Part shown: one piece after another, positions 1-9,418 of the stretch
Layout of the letters: the number at the start of each line of letters is the position of its first letter
How positions within the stretch are numbered: position 1 is the stretch's first letter
Origin: Kiritimatiellia bacterium
GTDB lineage: Bacteria; Verrucomicrobiota; Kiritimatiellia; RFP12; UBA1067
Assembly (NCBI GenBank): GCA_051884805.1
Contig: JBJEWA010000030.1
Location: forward strand, 238 to 64,237
Length of the DNA: 64,000 nt
Direction of reading: 5' to 3'
Notes under the pieces: generated by a model
Told to the model about the DNA's origin: nothing
The model's input: the letters and a program-made list of their open reading frames with translations, nothing else
Databases searched by the model: none
Made by a program: the position numbers and the translations under genes

Positions 1-1736
1 AAGACCCGCACCTCGTGGGAGCCGGCGGAAAGGTTCAGCCGGCAGGAGACGTCCTGCACCCAACGCCGGGCCGGAACCGACAGTTCCGTCGCCGGCGCGC
101 CGTCAACGCTCACCGAGAAGCGCTGCGGCGCGGGCGAGACGACCGTGAAGGTCAGCGTGTATTCGCGCGTCTCGTCGAGGCGCACGTCACGCCAGAGGAG
201 ATCGTTGTCGTCGCGGCCGCCGAGACCGGTCACCGCGATGACGGCGTCCCAGACCTCGCCCGGCCCCGGCTGCATCTGGGTGTAGAGCGGCGCGTCATCC
301 GACCAGTTGAGCTTGTGATACCGGCGCAGCCAGGAGGCGTCCGCGCGATAGACGCGCCGCGGCAGCCGGCGCTCGGCGAAAAGCCGGTAGAAGCGCCCCT
401 CGTGCGGCTTCAGCGAGAACTGCATCTCCTTCTCGAATGCGCCGACCTCGGCCTTCTCGACGAGATCGACGGCGAACGTCCGGCCCGCGAGATCGACGTC
501 GTCCAGCGCCAGCTTCACCGTCGCCGCCGCGTCGCCGAGATTCACGACGGCGACATAGCGGGAGCGCCCGTAGCGCTCGCCCGCGTCCTTGACGAGCGTG
601 ACGACGTCGCCCGCGTAGCGGACGGGATACGCCTGCAGGCCGAGGTCGTTGGCGTTCATGGCGATCAGGTACGGATTCGTCGCAAGCGCGAGCGCCGCCT
701 GCGGCATCGTGCGCAGGTCGCAGCCGAGGACGAGAGGCGATGAGAGAATGCACCACAGGCCGAAGTGCGAGATCTCCTCGTCGGACGTCAGCCCGAGGTC
801 GCCGTCGAAGGACGGCTTCCAGCCGGGGGCGTGGCCGAACTCGAGCATGTCGAGATCGTTGTAATGCCCGCGGGAGGCATAGGCCGAAAGCGGCATGCCG
901 AGAAGGAAGATATAGCGGACGGACCGCCAGTCCGCGCGGATGTCGCCGGTGACGCGCCACGAGTCGGCGACGTCCGAAACCCACGTGCCGGGATACGCCC
1001 AGCGGCAGATGTTGAACTTGACGTCGCGGCCCGTCGCGCGGATCGCCCTGGAAATCTCCGTATAGCGGTCCTTCTCGTTGAGGCCGAGCTTGCTGCCGCC
1101 GCAGTAGTCGACCTTGATGAAGTCAAAGCCCAGTTCGTTGAAATGAAGACGGCAGTCGTCCGCATCGTGTCCGTACAGTCCGGACCCCTTGCTGCCGCCG
1201 CACATATCCGCGCCCGCGTCCGAATAGATGCCGGCCTTGAGCCCCCATGCGTGAATGCCGTCCGCGACCGGCTTCATCCCCCTCGGAAAGCGCCGGAGGT
1301 TCCACTTGAGCCGTCCGTTCTCGTCGTGGCCGTCGAAGAAGCCGTCGTCGGTGTTGATGTAGAGGTAGCCCGCCCGCTTGAGTCCGTTCGTGGCCATGGC
1401 CGCCGCCTGCGAGAGGATCTTCTCCTCGTCGATCTCAAGCGCGAAACAGTTCCAGCTCGACCAGCCCATGAGCGGACGCACCTTCTCGTCCGGCACGACG
1501 TTCGCGGCAAGCACCGCCTCCGCGCGCTTCACGGCCGCCGTGATTGCGGCCTCGGTCTCGGCCTGCGTCGCGCCGACGAGCCGCGCGCGGTTCACCGTCG
1601 CGGACGTTCCGTCATCCGCATACCGGGCGGAACGCGGACACTTGGGGCAATCCAACACTTCAACACGCGCCGCGGCAGCTGCCTGCGCCCACACGAGAAC
1701 GCCCGCCAGGGACGCCAGTTTAGTCAATGTCTTCAT
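1..1736 (-). CDS. alpha-galactosidase, GH27-like, with signal peptide and C-terminal extra domain; 3' end runs off the window (partial)
   Basis: Absent from the ORF track because it is open at the window edge. Hand translation from ATG 1736-1734 gives MKTLTKLASLAGVLVWAQAAAA, then MGWSSWNCF, YINTDDGFF, FIKVDYCGG and YNDLDMLEFG (GH27 hallmarks). The frame is still open at base 1. ATGA overlap with the upstream stop. Confidence 0.8.
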   Translation of the reverse strand, partial: MKTLTKLASLAGVLVWAQAAAAARVEVLDCPKCPRSARYADDGTSATVNRARLVGATQAETEAAITAAVKRAEAVLAANVVPDEKVRPLMGWSSWNCFALEIDEEKILSQAAAMATNGLKRAGYLYINTDDGFFDGHDENGRLKWNLRRFPRGMKPVADGIHAWGLKAGIYSDAGADMCGGSKGSGLYGHDADDCRLHFNELGFDFIKVDYCGGSKLGLNEKDRYTEISRAIRATGRDVKFNICRWAYPGTWVSDVADSWRVTGDIRADWRSVRYIFLLGMPLSAYASRGHYNDLDMLEFGHAPGWKPSFDGDLGLTSDEEISHFGLWCILSSPLVLGCDLRTMPQAALALATNPYLIAMNANDLGLQAYPVRYAGDVVTLVKDAGERYGRSRYVAVVNLGDAAATVKLALDDVDLAGRTFAVDLVEKAEVGAFEKEMQFSLKPHEGRFYRLFAERRLPRRVYRADASWLRRYHKLNWSDDAPLYTQMQPGPGEVWDAVIAVTGLGGRDDNDLLWRDVRLDETREYTLTFTVVSPAPQRFSVSVDGAPATELSVPARRWVQDVSCRLNLSAGSHEVRV

Positions 1737-4645
1737 TTGCTGTCCACCTGCAATCCGTGCGCGGCCCCCCCGTCTTCGCGATGCCGACGGGGCAAGCCGC
1801 TGGGCTTGCAGACACCCGTCGGCGGCTGCTTCCGGTGCTTCCGCTGCACAAGCCACTCCTTGACAAACTTGTTGCCAAGCCCAAAGCCGCCGTTCCACAA
1901 ATGCCAGCTTGCGCCGCCGTGCTCGATCAGTTCGACGCTGTCCCGCGTCCACGCGAAGGCCGAGCGCGGCGATTTCCCGTCCGCATAACCGATTACGGCG
2001 AATTCGCCGACGTGCTGCGGCACGTTCCATTGGGCGTAATGTTCGAAGGCCGGCAGCAGCATGGCGCCCAAGGTCCAGCGGTCAAACCAGTCGACGGTGG
2101 TGCCGCCGAAATGATGCCCGACCGACCAGTCGTTGGGATAAGCCCATGCGGGATAGAACACGCACGTATCCCCGCCGACATCGTGCGTGCCGCATTTCTG
2201 GTGGGTGAAAGAGTGGGGGGAATAGAAGTGATACGTCATCACCTGCGGTTCGCAATCGGCCGGCAACGGACGCAGATTCGTCAGGCCGTTGGGATTGCCG
2301 CCGGCCAATGCGGGGAAATAGATCTTGGCATTGGGGTGATTGGCATGGATGGCACGGGCCGCACGGGTGCAGACATTCCGCCATATTTCCTCCGATCCGC
2401 CGGAAGTGCCGGGCTCGTTGTAGAGGTCGTAGCCCACCACGACATCCGGATATTTTGCGCCGATCCGGGAAAACGCGTCCCACATCGCCACAAAATCCTC
2501 GCACGGCCCTATTCCGTCCTGCCACCAAACCCCGTAGACGGAGTTATGGGCGTCGATCACCGCCCGGATCCCATGCTTGCGGAAGACTTTGAAGAACGTC
2601 TCGAAGCGTTGGCATGAAGCCTCGACCGTCTTTTCCTTCAGCGTAATCAGCCGGACCGCACGGCAGACGTTGGTGATGACGTCGAGTTCATGCCCCGTCT
2701 CCTCCCAGATGCTGGAATTGACCCCCGACAGCGACGGATCTTCGCGGCGGATGGAGTCCGGCAGCTTCCCGGCCACGGTTTTTCCCTCCACATAGCGAAA
2801 CGCGCCCCATTTGGTGAGGTATTTGATTCTTCCGGCGTTTGCAAACCGCATCCCCGCCAGGTCGGCGAGCGGCGGAACCGGTGCGATGCAATGCGCCGCG
2901 ACGTCCCAGTCGTTCTTGCGGACGCGATGCGAATAGGCCCACCCGACGCATTCGTTCTTGACGGCTTCGCGGCACGCATCGGGATAGGCCATCGCCACCC
3001 CCGCGAAGAATTCGGCGATTTCAGGCTGTTCGTGGGGATAGACGTTGCTTTGCGCGCGGACGATTCCGACATAGCTCTTTCGGGAAAGCTTCAGGGTGAA
3101 CACGCCGTTCTGCCAGAGCATGGAGACCGGACGGGCGCCGGGCAGGAGAATGAGGCCGCGATCCGTCGCCGAGAAAAGCCTCAGCCATGGACGGCCTACG
3201 CTCTCCGGTTCGATCTTGACCTCGCCGGCAGACGGAGGAATCGCCGCCGGCGGGGGCTTTGTGAAATCCATCAGCGCCGACGGAATGAGCGTCGGCTCGA
3301 AATACGCCTCCTGCGTCAGCCGGCGGCACACCTCCCGCCCCCGTTCGTCAACGGAGACCAACCGATCCGGCGGAACGGAGAAACCGCTCAACTTCAGCTC
3401 CGCTATCCCGTCCACGTCGATAATCGGCGTCAACACGGAATACGTAATCGTCTTCCCGTCGGCAAAATGCCATTTTGTCGAAACCCAGTCCCTTTCAAAG
3501 GACACATCTTGAACCGGCTCAAGATACCGGGTCTCGAAAAACTCGGGCGTTGCCTTGGAATTTGCGACGGCGACCCGCGGGTCCTGATCCAGATTGAAGC
3601 GATAGCCGTCCTGCCACTGCGCATTCCAGGGATTGGGCTCGAAATTGCCATGGCCGTCGGGCGCGCGCACATATCCCCATTGGGTGTAGCTTTTAATCCA
3701 GCTAAAGGGCGAGAACCTGGCGAGGGGGATGGCCTCGGGACAGCTTTCCACGACTTGGCGCAACATCGAATTGCACCGCCGGGCGTTTTCAACGTCCATC
3801 GCCTTGAGCGCCGCATAGGCGCGGGCGATCAGCGCTTCTCCGTCGGGATTGCGCTTGTGCTGATGGCGCCAGCGATCGGCCAGCGAATAGAGGTCGCTGC
3901 GCGCGTCAAACAAGTCCTCCAGCCGGCGAAACGCCGCTGCGTCGGAATCGGGGGAGCTGCATATTTCGAGCCAGCCGCTCCGGTCGAAGCCGGTCTCCTG
4001 CGGCGGGGCCAGCACGCGCCGGTATTGTTCGCGCTTCTGCCGGACGACATCCGGCGGACGCGGGATGGTGACGCTGGCGGGGACGACCGCGAGCCGTTGC
4101 GTGTACCGGACAAGGCCGTTGCCGCGTTTTTCCTTCTTCGAAGGGACTCGGATGTTCCATATAAGCCGCTCGGGAATGTTCCAGAACGACAGCGACTGCG
4201 CCTCGGAGAGCTCGAAGCGCAACTGGAATACGTCCGACTCGAAGGTCTTTCCGTGGCCCCAGACGCAGTTCATCGCCAAGGACGCCACGCTTTCAGAGCC
4301 GATGCGGAAGAGCCCGTTTTCATAGGCCCTGCCTTCGCCGTTGACGATCACCAGCATCGGCAGATCGTCCTGGGTCTTGAAGGTCGCGGGAGCGACAGCC
4401 TCAAAATCCAAGATCAGGCTGTCGCCCTCCCTGCGCATGGACTGTCGGGCATCCTTGATGACGTTAAAACCCCAGCCCGGCATAACCCAGGTTGGGTTTA
4501 TCTGCAGCACTCCCCGCGGCAGCGACAGTTCAAAACCGCCGCCCTGGAGAGCGCGGCATGTTCCGCCGTTGAAGTCCATGGAGTCGGCGCCTAAGGCCGT
4601 CCATCCGAGCAGCAGGGCGAACGCCGACGCAATGGCTTTGGTCAC
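1733..4645 (-). CDS. secreted multidomain protein with C-terminal GH5 (cellulase-family) catalytic domain
   Basis: 970-aa ORF with a GTG start preceded by GGAG. Signal-like N-terminus MTKAIASAFALLLGWTALGA. GH5 motifs VVGYDLYNEPG and YHFYSPHSFTHQ. Confidence 0.8.
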   Translation of the reverse strand: MTKAIASAFALLLGWTALGADSMDFNGGTCRALQGGGFELSLPRGVLQINPTWVMPGWGFNVIKDARQSMRREGDSLILDFEAVAPATFKTQDDLPMLVIVNGEGRAYENGLFRIGSESVASLAMNCVWGHGKTFESDVFQLRFELSEAQSLSFWNIPERLIWNIRVPSKKEKRGNGLVRYTQRLAVVPASVTIPRPPDVVRQKREQYRRVLAPPQETGFDRSGWLEICSSPDSDAAAFRRLEDLFDARSDLYSLADRWRHQHKRNPDGEALIARAYAALKAMDVENARRCNSMLRQVVESCPEAIPLARFSPFSWIKSYTQWGYVRAPDGHGNFEPNPWNAQWQDGYRFNLDQDPRVAVANSKATPEFFETRYLEPVQDVSFERDWVSTKWHFADGKTITYSVLTPIIDVDGIAELKLSGFSVPPDRLVSVDERGREVCRRLTQEAYFEPTLIPSALMDFTKPPPAAIPPSAGEVKIEPESVGRPWLRLFSATDRGLILLPGARPVSMLWQNGVFTLKLSRKSYVGIVRAQSNVYPHEQPEIAEFFAGVAMAYPDACREAVKNECVGWAYSHRVRKNDWDVAAHCIAPVPPLADLAGMRFANAGRIKYLTKWGAFRYVEGKTVAGKLPDSIRREDPSLSGVNSSIWEETGHELDVITNVCRAVRLITLKEKTVEASCQRFETFFKVFRKHGIRAVIDAHNSVYGVWWQDGIGPCEDFVAMWDAFSRIGAKYPDVVVGYDLYNEPGTSGGSEEIWRNVCTRAARAIHANHPNAKIYFPALAGGNPNGLTNLRPLPADCEPQVMTYHFYSPHSFTHQKCGTHDVGGDTCVFYPAWAYPNDWSVGHHFGGTTVDWFDRWTLGAMLLPAFEHYAQWNVPQHVGEFAVIGYADGKSPRSAFAWTRDSVELIEHGGASWHLWNGGFGLGNKFVKEWLVQRKHRKQPPTGVCKPSGLPRRHREDGGAAHGLQVDSK

Positions 4646-4653
4646 GCGGGCTC

Positions 4654-4842
4654 CTATCTGACGAAGATGACGAACCCGCCCTGGCGCCGGGAATCGAACG
4701 GCCCGGTCATGACGCCAAGCGCCGAAACGACGCCGCGAACTTCCGCAGCCGACGCCGACGAAGTCTTTTCGTCGGCGGGCTTCCTTTCCACGCTGCCGGC
4801 GACAATGCAGGTTGCGGCGAACAACAGGCTGATGATCTTCAT
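4654..4842 (-). CDS. small secreted protein or lipoprotein, hypothetical (62 aa)
   Basis: Internal ATG of the 86-aa ORF gives MKIISLLFAATCIVAG (signal or lipobox-like). AAGGGGG lies 7 nt upstream. Third codon positions are G+C-rich like the neighbours. Confidence 0.45.
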   Translation of the reverse strand: MKIISLLFAATCIVAGSVERKPADEKTSSASAAEVRGVVSALGVMTGPFDSRRQGGFVIFVR

Positions 4843-4853
4843 TGCCGACCCCC

Positions 4854-6275
4854 TTACCACGCCAGCGTAATCGGGCACATCAGGCGAACGGCGCCATAGC
4901 TGGTGCTGCCACAACCGCCGTGGTCCCCTTGAACATAATCAGGCAACCGCCACCGATTGCTTGTGCGCTGCTGCGTAATGGAATTGGAGCAGTCGCCGCC
5001 CCGCACAACTCTTCCGTCGCCCGCACTCTCCTCCAATCCGACGGGATCGGTCACATCGTCGGCGCTCATCTCCCCGCGAGGATCATAACTCATGCGCTCC
5101 GCCCAGTCCAGCGTCATCTCCCAAACATTGCCGAGCATGTCGTAAAAGCCCCAGTTGTTGGCCTTCTTGAGCCCTACTTCGTGAATGGTGCTAACGCCGT
5201 CTATCTGCGCGTTCATGTTGAACCATGCGATCTCATCCAACGGACCGTACAGGTTGTCCGTGCCGGGATCATCATACCACCAATAGTCGTAAGGTATGTT
5301 GGCGTCGTTGTACAACGTCGTGGCGGCACCGGCCCTGCAGGCGTATTCCCATTGCGCGTCAGTCGGCAAATCAAACCCGATGCCGTAGCGAGTGCGCATT
5401 TTCGCCAGGATCGTATCGGTCGCGCCATTCATATCGTGCGTGGCCGCATCCTTGGGCCAGCTGTTTCCCCGCATGTTGACATACGCAAACCCGGTGGCCG
5501 GATAGGCGTTGCCGCGCGGCAGGACCGGCCCCGACGTCTCCTGCGGAAAGGCCGTTCCGGCCCCAAGATAATGCCACTGCCCCTGGGTCATGGTGAACAC
5601 CGCGAGATAAAAGTCCTTGGTGAACGTCACCTTGTGCGGGGTTTCAGACTGGGCGTCGCGGCCATAACTTTCGTCGCCCTCGGCAGGAGAACCCATGGTA
5701 AAAGTGACGCCCTCGGCCGGAACCCGCCGCATAACCAGCTTGTGGGTTTTGTAGATTTCATTGTGCACGCCCTGCGTATTGTGCGCCTGACCGTGTCCCG
5801 GAAGGGCCGCTTCCGAGACATAATAGCCCGGCGGCATTGCCCCCAGCAAATCTATCACCAGGTAATCGGGCGGCGTCTCCTTGGGCCAGACCGAGACCTT
5901 GGCCGTGAAGCCGCCATCGATCTTGCCGCCGTCGGGCCACGACCGAGACGGACGCCAGTATATCTTTCTGCTCTCGGCATCCGAAGGCGCAATCAGCTTG
6001 TTGACATCGCCATAGACATTATTGAAATTCACCGCGCCGATGGACACCCCATTGGTCTGAAAGTCCACCGTAACGATTCCTTCTTCATCCAGCAGCGAGT
6101 ATTCGACCGAAACCAGCCCGGTTGCGTCTTGACGAAATTCGACCTGATCGCCCAGCCTTGGCGTGGCGGCAAGCGACGCGCCCGCGCAGAGAGCCAGCAA
6201 GAGCAAGCAGAAATGCGTTTTGTATTGCACCAACGGCGCGAAGATGTTCATCCGTGCTGATTTATGCCTATTCAC
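4854..6275 (-). CDS. FGE/SUMF1-family (formylglycine-generating-enzyme-like) domain protein, secreted
   Basis: Motifs RVVRGG, NNWGFYDMLGNVWEMTLDW and FRLMCP-like C-terminus. GTG start at 6275 with AAGGAGG 7 nt upstream. Hydrophobic signal LLLLALCAGASLA. Confidence 0.8.
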   Translation of the reverse strand: MNRHKSARMNIFAPLVQYKTHFCLLLLALCAGASLAATPRLGDQVEFRQDATGLVSVEYSLLDEEGIVTVDFQTNGVSIGAVNFNNVYGDVNKLIAPSDAESRKIYWRPSRSWPDGGKIDGGFTAKVSVWPKETPPDYLVIDLLGAMPPGYYVSEAALPGHGQAHNTQGVHNEIYKTHKLVMRRVPAEGVTFTMGSPAEGDESYGRDAQSETPHKVTFTKDFYLAVFTMTQGQWHYLGAGTAFPQETSGPVLPRGNAYPATGFAYVNMRGNSWPKDAATHDMNGATDTILAKMRTRYGIGFDLPTDAQWEYACRAGAATTLYNDANIPYDYWWYDDPGTDNLYGPLDEIAWFNMNAQIDGVSTIHEVGLKKANNWGFYDMLGNVWEMTLDWAERMSYDPRGEMSADDVTDPVGLEESAGDGRVVRGGDCSNSITQQRTSNRWRLPDYVQGDHGGCGSTSYGAVRLMCPITLAW

Positions 6276-6304
6276 TGTATCGCCTCCTTATGTCAGGTCA
6301 GAAC

Positions 6305-6352
6305 AAAAAAAAAGAACCATGGTCAGCACGGAAGAACTCCCGTACTGACCAT
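6305..6352 (-). terminator. intrinsic terminator: interrupted 12-bp stem followed by U9
   Basis: Minus strand reads ATGGTCAGTACGGgagttcttCCGTGCTGACCAT followed by GGTTC and T9. Confidence 0.6.
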
Positions 6353-6388
6353 AACCGCGCCGCGCGAAAATCAAATTGTCAGAGGAAC

Positions 6389-6466
6389 TTACCCCCCCCC
6401 CCCCTGGGCAGAGACTGCGCCGCTTGAACTACAGGTGCCGCTTGAACTGCAATCCTCTGTCTTCAT
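6389..6466 (-). CDS. candidate 25-codon leader sORF MKTEDCSSSGTCSSSGAVSAQGGGG ending in the G13 tract
   Basis: ATG lies 9 nt after a TAGAAT -10 box. The frame runs through a 2x AGTTCAAGCGGC repeat (CSSSG twice) and four GGG codons to TAA. It is too short for the ORF track. Confidence 0.3.
   Translation of the reverse strand: MKTEDCSSSGTCSSSGAVSAQGGGG
6392..6404. repeat. homopolymer C13 (G13 on the transcribed minus strand)
   Basis: Counted directly: a, then 13 c, then tggg. Confidence 0.95.
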
Positions 6467-6475
6467 TTCAGGGCA

Positions 6476-6505
6476 ATTCTAACAAAAACCTTCTGTTGCC
6501 GTCAA
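6476..6505 (-). promoter_or_regulatory. sigma-70-type promoter TTGACG-N18-TAGAAT
   Basis: Minus strand reads TTGACGgcaacagaaggtttttgtTAGAAT, about 30 nt downstream of the fucP-like stop. Confidence 0.5.
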
Positions 6506-6535
6506 GCCACGCGGGCAAAGACGAATGCCACGCGT

Positions 6536-8050
6536 TTAGTCCCGGTGGGACGACTTGGCCTTGCGGCTGAAAAGGAGCGCGTAGACGCCGACGACGGCGA
6601 AGCAAATCGCCGGCACGACGAACGAGGCGCGCAGCGACGTCTGGGTGAGCCGGAGGTCGGGATCCCACGCGGTCGAGAAGGCGGACGGAACGAGCCGACA
6701 CCAGAAGGAATTCGCGTTGCCGATGATGTCCGCCATCCACGGGGTGATGATCGCGCCGCCCAGAATCGCCATGATGAGGCCCGACGCCCCCAGCTTGAGC
6801 GCCTTCTGGTCGAGTCCGCCGAGCGCGATGCCGTAGATCGTCGGGAACATCAGCGACATGAACCCGCTCATGGCGACCAGGCAGAGGATGTTCGCCGCGA
6901 ACGGCAGCCGGTGCCCGGCGACGGAGACGGTGAAGAGGACGTCGGTGGGCAGGTACATCACGCCGGCGCAGCAGAGAATCGCCCCCACGGCGAAGACGAA
7001 CATCATCAGCGCCGGATTGAAGTACTTCATGAGGAAGGTCGCCGTCCACCGGCAGACGATGAAGAGGACGATGCCGATCGTGTAGTAGATCGCGCCGTCC
7101 GCCGGCGAGACGCCCAGCTCCTTCTGGCAGTAGACGTTGAGCCAGGTCCACGCGGCGATCTGCACGCCGACGTAGAAGAACTGCGCGACGACGCCAAGGA
7201 AGTAGCGCGGCGTCCTGAGGAGCGTGCGGAGCATTTCGCGGTAGTCCCGCATCAGAACCACGTACACGACCGGACCCGCCACGCCGCAGAGGACCCAGAG
7301 GATCTTGTCCAGCTCCGGGAAGAGGAAGTAAAGCACTGTCATCGGCAAGATGGAGAACAGGAGCGCCGTCCCGACGCGCACCAGGGCGGAGCGCGTCACC
7401 CCGGCCTCGCCTTCGCGCTTCACGAAGAAGCAGAGCCAGATCAGCGCGGCAATGGCGCAGAGCCCCACGTACGGCGCGCAGACCCAGAAAAGCTCGTTGT
7501 GGATGATGCCCTGACGGGTCGCCTCGTCCATCAGCGCGCGCTCCTCGGCCGTGGCGGAATTGAGATGCGAGAGGATGAGCTGCTGGGCGAGGACGATGCC
7601 GCACATCGAGCCGACGGGGTTGAACATCTGCGCGAAGTTGAGCCGGCGCACGGCGCTCGCCTCGTCGCCAATCGCCAGCACGTACGGATTGCAGGTCGTC
7701 TCCAGGAGCGAACAGCCGCCCGCCACGATGAAGATGGCGATGAAGTAGACGTCGAACGACTGGGCGATGCACGCGGGAATGTAGAGCAGCGCGCCGATGA
7801 TGTAGACGGCCAGGCCGATGAGCACGCCCCGGCGGTAGCTCAACTCTTCGGCGAGCACCGCTGCGAAGATGGCGAGCACCGCATACGCGCCGTAGAAGGC
7901 GACTTGCACCAGCCCGGCCCGCGACTGGTCCATGGTGAAGATCCGCTGGAACGCGGGCACCAGGTTGTCCGTCATGTTGTTGAGCAGCCCCCAGAGGGCG
8001 AAGCAGCTGACCAGCAGGGCGAAGATCGCCAGATGTCGTCTCGGTACCAT
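6536..8050 (-). CDS. fucP: L-fucose:H+ symporter family MFS permease
   Basis: From the internal ATG at 8050 (GGAG upstream): MVPRRHLAIFALLVSCFALWGLLNNMTDNLVPAFQRIF...AGLVQVAFYGAY...LETTCNPYV. This tracks the FucP N-terminal signature closely. Confidence 0.8.
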   Translation of the reverse strand: MVPRRHLAIFALLVSCFALWGLLNNMTDNLVPAFQRIFTMDQSRAGLVQVAFYGAYAVLAIFAAVLAEELSYRRGVLIGLAVYIIGALLYIPACIAQSFDVYFIAIFIVAGGCSLLETTCNPYVLAIGDEASAVRRLNFAQMFNPVGSMCGIVLAQQLILSHLNSATAEERALMDEATRQGIIHNELFWVCAPYVGLCAIAALIWLCFFVKREGEAGVTRSALVRVGTALLFSILPMTVLYFLFPELDKILWVLCGVAGPVVYVVLMRDYREMLRTLLRTPRYFLGVVAQFFYVGVQIAAWTWLNVYCQKELGVSPADGAIYYTIGIVLFIVCRWTATFLMKYFNPALMMFVFAVGAILCCAGVMYLPTDVLFTVSVAGHRLPFAANILCLVAMSGFMSLMFPTIYGIALGGLDQKALKLGASGLIMAILGGAIITPWMADIIGNANSFWCRLVPSAFSTAWDPDLRLTQTSLRASFVVPAICFAVVGVYALLFSRKAKSSHRD

Positions 8051-8055
8051 TTTTC

Positions 8056-8880
8056 CTATCTCCCCTGTTCGATGGAACTGAGGCGCCCATCGGCCAGATC
8101 GCAGAGGCGGTCGATGGCCGGCGAGTCCGTCAGCTGATGCAGAAAATCCCGGCGAAAGGCCAGATGGCCGCGCTCGCGGCACAGCCGACGGGAGGTCGCG
8201 AACTGCAGGTCGGACACCATCCAGCCGACCTGAACGAGTACGAAATCGGCCAGCGACGCGATCTGCTGATAATCGACCGGCAGTCCCCTTTCGATGCAGC
8301 CAACCACGGACGGATTCGGCGGCGCGGAGACGGACAGGTTCCAGAAGGCGCGGGAATCGCTCCGCCAGTCCGCATGCGCAATCTGGTCCTCCAGCACGCG
8401 GAAGATGTCAAGCTTGTCCGCGTCGCGCACGGTATGCGCGGCGATCGAGAGCAGGTCGAGGTCGGCGACCGGGACGGTGCGCGGACTGCGAATCCCCTCC
8501 GGAAGGTCCCGGCGGTTGTGGTAGAGGACGGCCTTCAGGATGGCGTCCTGCCACGCTGCGTCCGCGCCCACCCGGTCCAGCCAGCCCAGCGTCAGGACGG
8601 TTTCGTGCGAGAGCACGGCATGGTCGACGGACTCGGAGTCCTTGAACGTGTCGTAGCGCCTCAGCTGCTCGTAGCGACCCGCGTCGTGCAGGAGCGCCGC
8701 CGCCAGCGCGACCTCGCGCGCCGCCGGCGCGAACCCCTCGCCGTCCGCAATCGCCTCGGCGTTCTTCACCACGAAGGCGGTATGCGTCCGCTTGAGCTGC
8801 ATCATGACGGGCAGCTTGCCGTCCGGCCCGCGATAGGTGTCGACGTAGGCGTCGTAGAGTCTCGTCAGTTCGGACAGCAT
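8056..8880 (-). CDS. HD-domain phosphohydrolase family protein
   Basis: LHDAGRYEQ (HD motif) and later RDADKLD. 274 aa. Confidence 0.7.
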   Translation of the reverse strand: MLSELTRLYDAYVDTYRGPDGKLPVMMQLKRTHTAFVVKNAEAIADGEGFAPAAREVALAAALLHDAGRYEQLRRYDTFKDSESVDHAVLSHETVLTLGWLDRVGADAAWQDAILKAVLYHNRRDLPEGIRSPRTVPVADLDLLSIAAHTVRDADKLDIFRVLEDQIAHADWRSDSRAFWNLSVSAPPNPSVVGCIERGLPVDYQQIASLADFVLVQVGWMVSDLQFATSRRLCRERGHLAFRRDFLHQLTDSPAIDRLCDLADGRLSSIEQGR

Positions 8881-8883
8881 CGG

Positions 8884-9384
8884 TCAGCGGTCGCCGTGAA
8901 TCTTCGCGTTGGCCGCTTCCACCTTGGCCTTCAGCTCCGCCTTGTGGGCGTGGAACTGCTGGCGGAGGCCGGCGTCGGCCGTGCCGAGGATCTGAATCGC
9001 CAGCAGGGCCGCATTCGTCGGACCCGCGCTGCCGCAGGCGACGGTCGCGACCGGCACGCCGCTCGGCATCTGCACCGTCGCGTAGAGCGCGTCGAGTCCG
9101 TTCAGCGCACCGCCGGCGACCGGAATACCGATGACCGGCAGCACCGTCGCCGCCGCCAGGACGCCGCCCAGGTGGGCCGCGCCGCCGGCCGCCGCGATGA
9201 TGACCTTGAGCCCGCGTTCCTCGGCCGTCTTCGAATATTCAATCGCGACTTCGGGCGTACGGTGCGCGGAGATGACGCGCGTCTCGTAGCCGACGCCGAA
9301 CTTCTCCAGCGTGTCGCACGCCTGCTTGACCAGCGGCCAATCCGAATCCGACCCCATCACGATGCCAACCTGAACCTGCGCCAT
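8884..9384 (-). CDS. purE: N5-carboxyaminoimidazole ribonucleotide mutase
   Basis: [21 protein letters not shown] and [14 protein letters not shown] motifs. Confidence 0.95.
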   Translation of the reverse strand: MAQVQVGIVMGSDSDWPLVKQACDTLEKFGVGYETRVISAHRTPEVAIEYSKTAEERGLKVIIAAAGGAAHLGGVLAAATVLPVIGIPVAGGALNGLDALYATVQMPSGVPVATVACGSAGPTNAALLAIQILGTADAGLRQQFHAHKAELKAKVEAANAKIHGDR

Positions 9385-9418
9385 TTGCAGAATCCTTTCC
9401 TTGCGTTATTGAAATTCT

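Noticed and set aside
6468-8090. 540-aa minus-strand ORF overlapping the fucP-like gene in another frame
   Set aside because: The alternative frame gives an Arg/Pro/Gly-rich sequence. The 6536-8050 frame gives a clean 12-TM FucP-like protein.
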